From an uncultured delta proteobacterium (GTDB taxonomy: Bacteria; Myxococcota; Myxococcia; Myxococcales; Anaeromyxobacteraceae), in the NCBI GenBank assembly GCA_963766715.1, contig CAVYBH010000013.1, positions 256,001-320,000 of the forward strand: a DNA stretch of 64,000 nucleotides, in the 5' to 3' direction. This document shows, piece after piece, positions 37,821 to 48,259 of this stretch. A program made the translations under genes and the position numbers. How positions within the stretch are numbered: position 1 is the first letter of the stretch; the number at the start of each line of letters is the position of its first letter. Below the pieces are notes generated by a model, which was not told where the DNA came from, did no database searches, and saw only the letters and a list, made by a program, of their open reading frames with translations.

Positions 37821-37952
37821 CGCTCCCCCTCCAGCTGGCGGCGCCCTCCGCGGCGCTGCCGGAACGGGACGATTAGCATGGAATCCCGGGGAACACCGTC
37901 CGGGCCGCGACCCCTCCCCTCCGGAACCGCTCCGGAGTAGGCTGCGCCGGCG

Positions 37953-38935
37953 ATGGCGACACCAGCGGACGACGTCCAGGAGCCCTTGCCGACACCCGGC
38001 CGATCGCCAGTCGACGGTCTTCTCCGCGCGCGACTACGTCACCGGCGACGCCTTCGAGATCCGGCGCTGCGCGGACTGCGGCCTGGCCTTCACCGTCCCT
38101 CCCCCGCCGCCCTCCGAGATGGGGCGCTACTACCCCGACGCCTACTACGGCGACGCGGGGGAGAAGCGCTTCGTCGGACCGGTGGAGGGGATGCAGCGGG
38201 CCCTCTACGGCTCGCGGGCGCGTCGCGTCGAGGAGGCGGCGGGCGGCGCCCCGGGTCGCGTGCTCGACGTGGGGTGCGGCCGCGGCTTCCTGCTCGACGC
38301 CTTCCGCCGGCGCGGCTGGACCGTGGAGGGGACGGAGATGTCGCTCGCGTCCTCGGCCCACGCCCGCGAGGTCCTGGGCATCCAGGTCCACGTCGGGACC
38401 CTCGAGTCCCTGGCCCTCCCCGGCGGTTCCTTCGACGCGGTCACCCTCTGGCACGTGCTCGAGCACGTGACCGACCCCGGATCGCTCCTGGGCGAGATCG
38501 CGCGGCTCTTGCGGCCGGGAGGCGTGCTGCTCGTGAGCGTCCCCAACTTCGGGAGCCCCGAGGCGCGCCTCACCGGGCCCGGGTGGTTCCACCTCGACGC
38601 GCCTCGCCACCTGGTCCACTTCACGCCCGGCGTCGCTCGCCCGCGTGCTGGACCTGGCCGGGTTCGAGAGCCTCCAGTCCCGCTTCTTCGCGCCCGAGTT
38701 CGACGCCTTCAGCTTCGTCCAGTCGACGCTGAACCGGATGGGGCTGCGCCAGAACGCCCTCTACGACACGCTCCGCGGGCGCGCGGCCAAGCTGGGCGCG
38801 GGCGGTGGGCGGGCGAGCGCGGCGGCGTCCGTGCTGCTCGCCGCGCCGCTCGGGATCCTGTCCGTCCCCGTCACCCTCGCCGCCGGCCTCGCCGGAGCGG
38901 GCTCGACGCTGACGGTGCTGGCGCGGCGCCAGTGA
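37953..38935 (+). CDS. Class I SAM-dependent methyltransferase with an N-terminal Cys motif, frameshifted
   Basis: [30 protein letters not shown]. Confidence 0.8.
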
Positions 38936-38939
38936 CCGA

Positions 38940-39802
38940 TCAGCCCGCGGTTCCGTGCCCGGAGCCGCGCGTGTAGTCGTACTCCGAGCCGAAGATGCTG
39001 TGCGGGATGAAGTACACGGTCAGTGTCACGACCGTCGCGGCGAGGACGGCGGCTCGCACGGCTCGCGGGGCGCTTGCTCGAGAGCGCGACGGCCGCGGCG
39101 CCGAGCCAGGCCAGCAGCTCCACCAGCACCTTGTTGTCGGTCCAGTCGTAGCCGAAGGGCACGCCCGACCACCAGACGCCGAAGGCGTACCACTGCACGA
39201 TGGGGCCGAGCACGAACGCGCCCAGGACCAGCGAGCCGATGGTGGCCCAGAGCAGCGGGCGGACCTCGCCGCCCAGCAACGCCTGCATCCCGGTGCGGAT
39301 GGCCAGCATCATGGAGAGGAAGACCACCAGGATGTGGACGAGGAGGACGGCCCGCGGCACGGGCGCCTTGTAGCGCGCGTACACCGGCCGATCGCCGGTG
39401 ACCGAGCGCGGCCCCGTCCCGTCGTCGACGAGCACGAGGTACTCGTACTTCCCGGCTCGCTCGGGCAAGCGACGGCAGCTCGGCCCCCATGCCGCGCACC
39501 TCCTCGACGCTGCCCCGCCGGGCGAAGCGGAACGTTCCCGGGGCCATCTCCTTCTCGCTCCAGCCGTCGTTCGACTTGTAGCGGCGGTAGCGGACCTTGG
39601 CGGACACGCCGGCGGGCACCGGGTCGCGGAGCATGACCTGGAGCCCCGTCCCAATCTCCTCGCTGCGGAGGAACTTGAACGCGACCTCCCCGCGAGCGGT
39701 CGGGAAGGCTCCCTCCAGCGGATAGGTCGGGCCGGTGCGGTTCTGGAAGGCGAAGCAGGCGAGCGTGAGGGCCGCGGCGGCGACCCAGGGCAGGATGCGC
39801 AT
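38940..39802 (-). CDS. Hypothetical membrane protein, frameshifted
   Basis: QNRTGPTYP, RYKAPVP...HIL, GPIVQWYAFG..W.GVPFGYDWTDNK, IPHS. Confidence 0.65.
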
Positions 39803-39822
39803 GGTGTCCAGGTCCCCCGACG

Positions 39823-41637
39823 CTACTTGCGCTCCGCGAGCGTGATCGAGACCACCGTGATCTTCCCGTCGCGCGCGTACTCGAGCTCGACCACGTCGCC
39901 CGGCCGGTGTCCGGTGAGCGCGTACTGGAGGTCCTGCAGGTTCAGGATCTTCTTCGCCCCGAGCCGCAGGACGACGTCGCCGGCGCCGAGGCCGGCCTTC
40001 TGGGCCGGGCTCCCGGGGATGACGCCGGTCAGCAGGACGCCCGGGTCCTTGCGCTCGGAGAAGTCGGGAATGGTCCCGAGCGAGGGGCGGGCGCCGCGCC
40101 CCCCTCCCCCGCCCGAGGGCTTCTCCTGCGCGACGCGCGTCACCTCCAGGCGGGTGGGCCAATCGGCGGCGTCGTGCGCCGCGCGCCAGGCCAGCCGCGC
40201 CGCCTCGGCCAGGCCCACCGGATCGATCTTGTCGGCGGTGTCGCTCGGGCGGTGGTAGTCGGTGTGGGCGCCGTTGAACAGGTAGAGGACCGGGACGTCC
40301 TTCGCGTAGAAGCTGGTGTTGTCCGAGGAGCCGAACCCGTCGCCGCCCACCTCGACGCGGAGCGCGATGGGCGGGTCCCGATCGGCCTGCTCGCGGAGCA
40401 GCGCGCGCATCCCCTTGGCCGTGTCCACCCCGTGCACGTAGAGCTTCCCCTGCTGCGGGCGCCCCACCATGTCGAGGTTCACCATGAGTTGCATGCGATC
40501 GACCGGGCAGCCCGCCGGCGGGTTCTTCACGAAGAAGGCCGAGCCCAGGACGCCCAGCTCCTCCCCGGAGAAGGCCGCGAAGACGACGGTCCTTCGCGGC
40601 GGCGCCTCGGCCGCGAAGGCGCGGGCCACCTCCAGCATGGCCGCCGTGCCGGACGCGTTGTCGTCCGCGCCCAGGTGGGCCTGGCCAATCTGGTCCGGGG
40701 ACGCCGAGTTCTCGCCGCCGAAGCCCAGGTGGTCGTAGTGGGCCCCGACCACCACGCACTCGCCGGCCACGGCGGGGTCGGAGCCTGGCAGCTTGCCGAC
40801 CACGTTGGCGGTCCAGGCCTTGTCGTGCGCCACCGCCACGGCCATCGCGGCCTTCACGCCCAGGGGCCGGGAGTGAGGCTTCAGGTCGGCGGCGATGGGG
40901 GCCGCCAGCGCCGCGGCGTCGATGCCGGCCGATTTCAGCGCCTCGAGCGTGACGCGGGCGGCGACGAGCCCGGCCCGCGAGCTGGGCGAACCCTTCCAGG
41001 GGGGGATCGCGTCCTTGTCCGGGTGGTTCCAGTCGTCCCGCACGGCGAGGACCGCGGCCGCCCCGTGATCGCGGGCGTTCGTCACCTTGTAGCGCCACTC
41101 CCCGTAGCGCTGGTGGCGGGGATCGCGGAACGGGGAGGCCGGATCGCTCTCCCTGGGGAAGTCCTGGGCGAGCAGCACCACCTTCCCCTTCACGTCAATC
41201 CCTGCGTAGTCGTCGTAGGCCAGCTCGGGCGCGGTGATCCCGTAGCCCGCGAAGACCATCTCCCCTTCGGCCTTGCCGTCGTCGCTGAAGGTGAAGGGCT
41301 GCCAGTCCACCGAGAGGCGCTCCTCCTTTCCCGCCAGCGAAAGCGAGTTGCCCTCGAGCAGCCGGGCGCCCACCGGCGCCTCGAAGGCCTGCCGGTAGCC
41401 CTCCAGGCCGGCCGGTGCGAGCCCGATCCCCTTCATCTGGAGCTCGATCCAGCCGGCCGCCTGGTCGATGCCCGGGGTGCCCACGCCACGCCCGGTCCGG
41501 GCGGGGTCGGCGAGCCACGTGACGTCGGCCTTGGCGCGGGCGCCGTCGAACCTCGGATCGGGCGGGGTGGGGATGGGGCGCGCCGGGGCGCAGGAGGCGA
41601 GAGCGGCAGCGAGGGCGAGGAAGGTCGGGCGTCGCAT
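39823..41637 (-). CDS. M28 family peptidase lipoprotein with PA and PDZ domains
   Basis: LASC lipobox, GAHYDHLG, GADDNASG, GEELG, NLDMVG, YHRPSD; C-terminal PDZ LGTIPDF...GSPAQKAGL. Confidence 0.92.
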   Translation of the reverse strand: MRRPTFLALAAALASCAPARPIPTPPDPRFDGARAKADVTWLADPARTGRGVGTPGIDQAAGWIELQMKGIGLAPAGLEGYRQAFEAPVGARLLEGNSLSLAGKEERLSVDWQPFTFSDDGKAEGEMVFAGYGITAPELAYDDYAGIDVKGKVVLLAQDFPRESDPASPFRDPRHQRYGEWRYKVTNARDHGAAAVLAVRDDWNHPDKDAIPPWKGSPSSRAGLVAARVTLEALKSAGIDAAALAAPIAADLKPHSRPLGVKAAMAVAVAHDKAWTANVVGKLPGSDPAVAGECVVVGAHYDHLGFGGENSASPDQIGQAHLGADDNASGTAAMLEVARAFAAEAPPRRTVVFAAFSGEELGVLGSAFFVKNPPAGCPVDRMQLMVNLDMVGRPQQGKLYVHGVDTAKGMRALLREQADRDPPIALRVEVGGDGFGSSDNTSFYAKDVPVLYLFNGAHTDYHRPSDTADKIDPVGLAEAARLAWRAAHDAADWPTRLEVTRVAQEKPSGGGGGRGARPSLGTIPDFSERKDPGVLLTGVIPGSPAQKAGLGAGDVVLRLGAKKILNLQDLQYALTGHRPGDVVELEYARDGKITVVSITLAERK

Positions 41638-41778
41638 CCGGCGAACTCTAGCCTGCATGGAACAATCCATCCATGGCCGTTCGAATCGTCGACTTACTCC
41701 CCACCTGGGGTCGGCCTCGTTTCGAGGATGCCACCGGCCCCGCGGACCAGTAGCGAAGGCGCCAGAAAGGAGTGGCAC

Positions 41779-41955
41779 ATGGCACGTGAACTTCGCTGCG
41801 CGGATCTCGGAATGAAGTGCGACTGGAGCGTCAAGGCGGAGACGGACGACGAGGTGCTCCGCAAGGCCGCGGCGCACGCCGCGCAGGCTCACCATCTGAC
41901 GAAGATCGAGGAGCCGATGCTGTCCAACGTGAAGAAGGCCATTCACGCGGCGTGA
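41779..41955 (+). CDS. DUF1059 small metal-binding protein
   Basis: AAGGAG SD; MARELRCADLGMKCDW...AAHAAQAH. Confidence 0.8.
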   Translation: MARELRCADLGMKCDWSVKAETDDEVLRKAAAHAAQAHHLTKIEEPMLSNVKKAIHAA

Positions 41956-42054
41956 CGTCCCGCGAGGGGGGACGGGCGATACCGCCTGCCCGCCCCCCCG
42001 GTGGCAGACATCTGGCGGAGTGACGGGCGGTCTGTCAGACTGCGTCCCGTGGTC

Positions 42055-42429
42055 ATGGACTTGCTCCGAACGGGGTGGTCGGCCCCACGGGTTGCGCAGA
42101 TGGTGCCCCAGCGTCCGCCCTACCGGCGCGTCCAGGCGCCCAGCGTGCACCGACCCACCTCTTGGTTCGCCCAGGGCCTGCCGCGAGAGAGCCGCGAGCC
42201 GGCGCTCGGCGGCATCCGCTCCTACTCCGACGAGGTCCTGAAGGCCGGACGCCTGCTGGAGATGGACGTCTTCCTCGCGGACGGCGCCCCGGTGACCGCG
42301 CTCGTCGAGGTCGAGTGGTGCGACCCGCTCCCCTCCGGAGCCCCGGCCCGCTTCGACGTGGGCATGAAATGGGTCCAGGTGGCGCGAAGCGATCTCGAAC
42401 GGCTCGGACCGGTCCTCGCCCGGCCCTGA
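42055..42429 (+). CDS. PilZ-like domain protein
   Basis: LGGIRSYSD...VEVEWC...FDVGMKW beta-barrel pattern; start uncertain. Confidence 0.5.
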   Translation: MDLLRTGWSAPRVAQMVPQRPPYRRVQAPSVHRPTSWFAQGLPRESREPALGGIRSYSDEVLKAGRLLEMDVFLADGAPVTALVEVEWCDPLPSGAPARFDVGMKWVQVARSDLERLGPVLARP

Positions 42430-42448
42430 GTCGGCTTCTCACCGACCC

Positions 42449-44167
42449 TCATTCCCGGCGGAGGCGTCTGGCCGCTTCTGGATCGAGACGCTCCACCTGG
42501 CGAAGTGCGTCGGCAGCAGCGGCGCCGTCCCCCGCCGCCGAACGCGCGATGGCGAGGTTCGCCCAGAACCGCGCGCTGGCCGGCTGGAGCGCCACGGCCT
42601 TCTCGAGCGCCTGGACGGCAAGGACGGGCTGGCCCAGGTTCCCGAGCGCGGTGCCCAGGTTGTACCAGGCGTCCGCGTAGCCTGGATCGAGCTGCACCGC
42701 CTGCTGGAATCGAGGAACCGCATCGGCGACCCGGCCGAGCTGGCCGAGCGCCACGCCGAGCCCGTTCCAGGCCACTGCGTTGCCGGGCCGGATGGCGAGA
42801 GAACGGGAAAGCGCCTCCACCGCCTCGGCCGGTCGCCCGGACTCGGAGAGCGCGTCTCCCAGCCCGGCCCAGGCCTGCCAGTTGTCGGTCGTCACGGCGA
42901 GCGCGCGCCGCCACACGGCCTCGGAATCACGCCAGGAGTGCACCTGGTTGCTCGCCACGACGCCCAGGACGCCGACGAGGGCCACGGCGGTCGCGGCTCC
43001 GACCGTGCGCGCGATCCGGGAGACTTCGAGGAAGGACGCGGCGAGCCAGGTGACGGCGACCAGGATTCCGATGGACGGGATGTAGGCGTACCGATCGGCG
43101 TGCGACTGCACGCCCACCTGGACGATCCCGATGACCGGGACGAGGGTGCCCAGGAACCAGAACCATCCCCAGGCGAGGTACGGGCGGCCCTGCCTCGTCC
43201 GGATCGCGATCCAGGTCGAGCCCGAGAACCAGGGCGCCCGACGCAGCGACGATCCACGGCGCCAGTCCACTTCCGGTGAGGGTGGGATGCGGGTAGAGGG
43301 CCGCGAGGCCGGACGGCCAGAAGGTCTTCCCGAGGTAGATCGTGCAGGAGACAAAGGCGTTCGCGATCCGATCGCCCATGGGAATCGCATCGAGGCGGGC
43401 TGCCGCCGAGCCCCGCTGTGCCACCCAGGTCACCACGGCCGAGCCGAGGGAGAGGAGGAAGAGAGGCGCCTTCTCGCGCAACAGGGGGACGATCCGTCGA
43501 ACGTCGAACGGATCGTCGGGCCGGAGCCCGCCAAGCCTTCCCATCGGCCACGCGTCCACGAGAAGCAGCGCGAACGGGAGCGTGATCACCATCGGCTTGG
43601 ACAGGAGCCCCAGGGCGAAGGCCAGGACGACCGCGAGGTACCGGAAGGCGCCCCTTCGCCTCACCCAGCCGACGTAGGCGAAGAGCGCGAGCAGCCAGAA
43701 GAGCGTGGAGAGGACGTCCTTGCGTTCCGACACCCAGGCCACGGACTCCACGTGGAGCGGGTGCACCGCGAAGAGCGCTCCCACCGCGGCGCTTCGCCAG
43801 ACGAGCCGGTCGCCATCCGCAGCCAGGCGAAGAGCAGCACCGAGTCGAGCGCGTGGATCAGCACCGAGACGAGGTGGTGCTTCCCCGCGTCGAGGCCGAA
43901 GAGCTCGACGTCGGCCATGTGGGAGAGCCAGGTGAGCGGGTGCCAGTTGGATCCGTGGACCGAGGTGAAGGCCCACGCGATCCCGTCCCAGGAGAGTCCC
44001 CCGGAGCACCATCGGGTTGGCGTAGACGTAGGTCTGGTCGTCCAGGTTGACGAAGCCGAACCCCAGCGCTGCCCGGTACACCCAGAGCGCGATCCCAAGA
44101 TGACCACCCCGGTGGCGATCGCTAACCAGGGGTTCCCCGGTCTCGTCCGTGGCTCGAGTCCCGGCAC
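42449..44167 (-). CDS. TMTC-like multi-pass membrane protein with C-terminal TPR repeats, several frameshifts
   Basis: LDDQTYVYAN, NWHPLTWLSH, HPLHVESVAWVSERKD, LSKPM, ADRYAY, TPR repeats. Confidence 0.85.
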
Positions 44168-44257
44168 GTCCGGATAATCCCGGCCCCGGCGCTCCGGGTC
44201 CAGATCTTCCCTGCCCTCCTTTCCCTGGCCCGGGCCACCGTGCGATGGGTTGTCTGC

Positions 44258-45319
44258 ATGTGGTCACCTCTCCCCGCCACCCTCCTCCTCGCCTTCCTCC
44301 TCTCGGCCTGCGCGGCCAAGCCCCTGCGCCCGGAGGCCGAGCGGCTGGCACCACTCGTCACCACGTCCATTTCCGAGGCCGGCGTCCGAGACCTGCGCCC
44401 CGCCTTCCGCTCCGCGCTCTGCGCCGAGCTCGCGAGCAATCCCGCGCACCCGTGCGACAAGGTGCTCACCCGCATGGGCGGCGAGGCGGCGGCCGACGGC
44501 CGCGTCTTCCCGCGAGCGGCCGACCTGGCCAGGAAGTACCGCATCGCCATCGTGCCGGGCTTCTTCGCCGAGTGCCTGGAGGACGACGCGCGTCCCTTCG
44601 CCGCGGCGGCCGTCGAGCTCCGCTCCCGCGGTTTCACGGTCGTCTATCTCCCCGTCACGGGCCGGGGCAGCGTGGCCACCAACGCGGCGCTCCTGGCCGA
44701 GGAGATCGCCGCGCTGCCGGACGACCCTCGTCCCCTCCTCGTCTTCGCCTACTCGAAGGGGCTCCCGGACGTGCTCGACTTCGCCGTCCGTCACCCCGAG
44801 GCGAGCCGGCGGATCGCGGCGGTCATCGGCATGGCCGGGGCGGTGAACGGCTCGCCGCTGGCCGATCGCTACGAGGACCTCTGGCGCGCCACCATGATGA
44901 GCCTGTCCATCGGGAAGTGCGCCGCCGGCTCGGGCGAGGGCGTGCACGACCTCCGGCGCGACGTCCGCATGGCCTGGTGGAACGCGCACCGGGCGGAGAT
45001 CCACCTGCCCATCTACTCGCTCGTCGCCCTGCCCGATCGCGACCGGGTCTCCGCCTCGCTCACGGCAGCCCACGTCCAGCTCGAGGACGTCGATCCGCGC
45101 AACGACGGGCAGGTGATCTGGACGGACGCCGTCGCCGCGCCCGGCGCGCTGCTCGGCTACGTGAACGCGGATCACTGGGCGATGGCCATGAGGCTCTCCC
45201 AGGCCTTCCCGGCGCTGGCCTCCCAGTTCGTGGACGACGTTCCGCGGGGGGCGCTGCTCCAGGCCGCGATCTCCGTCGTCGCGCGCGACCTGGAGGGGCG
45301 AGCCCCCGGCGCCATGTAG
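44258..45319 (+). CDS. Alpha/beta-hydrolase-fold lipoprotein
   Basis: LSAC lipobox, AYSKG nucleophile elbow, GSPLAD, NDGQV, ADHW. Confidence 0.65.
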   Translation: MWSPLPATLLLAFLLSACAAKPLRPEAERLAPLVTTSISEAGVRDLRPAFRSALCAELASNPAHPCDKVLTRMGGEAAADGRVFPRAADLARKYRIAIVPGFFAECLEDDARPFAAAAVELRSRGFTVVYLPVTGRGSVATNAALLAEEIAALPDDPRPLLVFAYSKGLPDVLDFAVRHPEASRRIAAVIGMAGAVNGSPLADRYEDLWRATMMSLSIGKCAAGSGEGVHDLRRDVRMAWWNAHRAEIHLPIYSLVALPDRDRVSASLTAAHVQLEDVDPRNDGQVIWTDAVAAPGALLGYVNADHWAMAMRLSQAFPALASQFVDDVPRGALLQAAISVVARDLEGRAPGAM

Positions 45320-45448
45320 GCGCGACACGCACCCCGCCGCTGCGGCAGCGCGGCCATCTGGGTGCAGCCCCGTGCAGAACTCTGAGGAGTCTCTCATCGC
45401 CGTGGGATCCTGACCGGAGCCGTCGTTCCTTGCTCCGGAGAGACCCTC

Positions 45449-47664
45449 GTGACGCCTCGCCCGCTCCGCCTCGCCGCCGCCCTCGCGGTGGCCACCGTCC
45501 TCGGTTGTACCGGCAGTGAAAAGCCGGCGCCGACCGACAACCCGCTGGTCCGGATGCCGGGAACGCAGGCCGGGCAGGCCGTGCTGGAGAGCTCGTCCAG
45601 CTGCTACTCGTGCCACGGCAGCGGGAATGGCCCGTGGGAGCGCTCCACGCCGGACGCGCGGGGCCGGACCAACTACGAGGAGTACAACCTCTTCCGGGCC
45701 TGGCAGGGCTCGATGATGGGCAACTCGGCGCGCGACCCGCTCATGTTCGCGTCCCTCACCGTGGCCGCCCAGGACTCGCTGCACGTCATCGGGAACGCCG
45801 ACATCGTCGACCTCTGCATGCGCTGCCACTTCCCGAAGGGGTGGCTCGAGGGGCGTTCCACCCAGCGGAACGTCTCGGCGATGCGCGGCGACGACTACGA
45901 CGGCATCCAGTGCAGCTTCTGCCACCGCCTGAGCGACCCGTTCCCGCGCCCGACGGCCGACGGCCCGCGCGAGGGAGGGACCTTCGCCGTCCAGTACGAC
46001 GAGCACGACAGCCCGGCGGTCGACCCCGCCGCGCGCTCCACCAACGCCGCGGCGCGGACACTCCCGGTGGACGTGGAGACGGCGAAGACCATCCACCGCC
46101 GCAGCGGCCAGCCCTTCTACGACGGCCTGCTCCCGTTCTCGCGGCCTACGACGAGGCGGCCGGGGGGCAGTACTTCGTGAGCCCCGACACCCGGATCCGC
46201 GGCCCCTTCGCCGACGTGCTCCCCGGAGGCGCCCAGCCGCACGACGCGCTGTACAGCCGCTTCCACAAGGGTCCGTACATGTGCGCCACCTGCCACGACG
46301 TCTCCAACCCGGTGTTCTCGAACCTTCCGGCCGCGGGTCTCGGCGGCGACCTCCCCACCGAGGTCAATCCCGCCTACGCGTACACCCACGTCGAGCGCAC
46401 CTTCTCCGAGTACCGGCTCTCCGCCTACGCCCAGCCCGGCGGCTCCCCGGGCAAGGGGAACTTCCGTCCCAACACCCCCTCGCGGACCTTCCCGGTGAAC
46501 GGCTGGGAGACCGACCAGCCCGGCAACGCCATCTCCAAGTGCCAGGACTGCCACATGTGCTCGCGCTGGACGCCCGGCTCGAACGACGCGACCAGCCCGG
46601 TGCGCCCCGAGCAGAGCGAGGAGCACCCGAACACCTGGACGCCCTGCCACGCCATGACCGGCGGCAACGTCTGGATGTCGGAGATCCTCGCCTCGATCGC
46701 CCCGGACAACGCCTCGCCCGACGCCGGAAACGTGCTGCTCCTCGTGAACCGCGCGAAGGACCTCACCTGCGACCCGATGCAGGGCACCTGGACGAGCCTC
46801 ATGCCCGGCAACCTTCCCGCCGGGCAGCGGCCGCCCGACATCGCCGGCGCGCTCACGCTGGCCGCCACCCGCAACCGGGGCGTGCTCGCGAACGCGGCCT
46901 CCGTCTCCGACCTGGCCTACGACCCCGCCACCGGCGCGCTCACCTTCCGCGTCCAGAACAACACCGGCCACAAGCTCATCTCCGGCTTCCCCGAGGGGCG
47001 CCGGATGTTCGTGAACGTGGTGGTCTCCCGCAACGGCGCGGTCCTGCAGGAAGTGAACCCCTACGACGCCGCGGTGGGCACGCTGAAGGGGCTCCCCCGC
47101 TCGTCGAGCAGCCCGCCGCTCGCGCCGAACGAGGTCCACTCCGACCCGCTCGTCTACGAGGTCGCCATGGCGAGCAGCATCACCGGGGAGGACCACTCCT
47201 TCCACTTCGCGCTGGCCACCAGCCGCTTCAAGGACAACCGCATCCCGCCGAAGGGCTTCGACGTCGGCGGCGCCGCGGAGCGGATGGTCGAGCCGGTCTG
47301 GGACGGCGTCTCCCGGCCCGACTGGTTCACGGCGGCGGAGTACGCGGGCGGCTACGACGAGGTCTCGCTGGCCGTTCCCGCCGGCGCGACGCAGGTCTCG
47401 GTGAAGGTCTACTACCAGACCACCAGCCGGGAGTACGTCGAGTTCCTGCGCGACGAGATCAACGGGACGGGCCGGCTCACGCTCCCCGCCGCCGCCTACG
47501 TGGCCCAGACCGATCCCTTCTTCACCGGGCTCCGCGCCTGGGGCGACACCATCTTCGCGCTCTGGGAGCACAACAAGGACCGGGACGGCGCGCGCCCCTT
47601 CCTGATGGCCCAGGGCTCGTGGTCCGCCCCGTCGCCGGCGGCGGTCCGAACCGGCCGGCGCTGA
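45449..47664 (+). CDS. Multiheme c-type cytochrome lipoprotein (5 CxxCH), frameshifted at about 46140
   Basis: VLGC lipobox; CYSCH, CMRCH, CSFCH, CATCH, CQDCH; C-terminal NNTGHKLISG...RR. Confidence 0.85.
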
Positions 47665-47751
47665 CCCAAACCCGGCCCGGATCCTCCCCCCGAACCCTTT
47701 CGCCACCCCCCGGCTCACAGGAGGGAAGGCGTGGTTCTCACAGGAGGAATC

Positions 47752-47853
47752 ATGAAGTTGCTGACCAAGGTGAAGAAGTCCTGCTGCACGACCGAGAAGG
47801 TCGCGCAGTGCTGCGCCAAGGCCTCCCGGCTCGTGTCGGGTTGCCACGACTAG
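47752..47853 (+). CDS. 33-aa Cys-rich peptide, putative RiPP precursor 1 (MKLLTKVKKSCCTTEKVAQCCAKASRLVSGCHD)
   Basis: AGGAGG SD 4 nt before ATG, GC3-rich codons, close paralog at 55319, first gene of the rSAM/SPASM operon. Confidence 0.88.
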   Translation: MKLLTKVKKSCCTTEKVAQCCAKASRLVSGCHD

Positions 47854-47861
47854 TCGCACCC

Positions 47862-47893
47862 GGGGCGGGCCTCCGGGCCCGCCCCACCCCTTT
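47862..47893 (+). terminator. Stem-loop after the peptide gene (leaky terminator or mRNA stabiliser)
   Basis: Perfect 10-bp stem GGGGCGGGCC-tccg-GGCCCGCCCC with only a weak downstream T run. Confidence 0.55.
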
Positions 47894-47912
47894 CCCATCG
47901 AGGTAGAGCGTC

Positions 47913-48251
47913 ATGAGCGAGTTCGTGAAGGAGATCACCCAGGCCGACTTCGAGGCGGAGGTCGCCCGTTCGACCCTCCCGGTGGTCCTCGACTTCTTCT
48001 CCACCGAGTGCCCGCCCTGCGAGGCGCTGGCGCCCAAGTTCGACGCGGTCGCCGATCAGTTCGCCGGCAAGGCCCGCTTCCTGAAGATCTTCCGGCAGGG
48101 CAACAAGGACCTGGCCGTGAAGCTCGGCGTCACCGGCAGTCCCACCCTCCTGTTCTTCCAGGGCGGGGCCGAGGTCGGCGAGCGGATGAGCGGCGAGGAG
48201 ATCAAGCGCACCGCCATCAAGGCGCAGGTCGAATCCATGCTGGGCGCGTAG
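47913..48251 (+). CDS. Thioredoxin family protein (CPPC)
   Basis: VVLDFFSTECPPCEALAP, GVTGSPTLLFF. Confidence 0.88.
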   Translation: MSEFVKEITQADFEAEVARSTLPVVLDFFSTECPPCEALAPKFDAVADQFAGKARFLKIFRQGNKDLAVKLGVTGSPTLLFFQGGAEVGERMSGEEIKRTAIKAQVESMLGA

Positions 48252-48259
48252 GGGGATCC

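Noticed and set aside
39115..39125. CAGCTCCACCA matching the tRNA-Ala 3' end (possible att site)
   Set aside because: Only 11 bp, lies inside a CDS, and no integrase is present near the tRNA.
47851..47885. TAG plus hairpin after peptide 1 as a pyrrolysine/selenocysteine recoding signal
   Set aside because: Sequence after the TAG is not conserved between the two peptide copies, no pyl genes are in the window, and the codon is not TGA.
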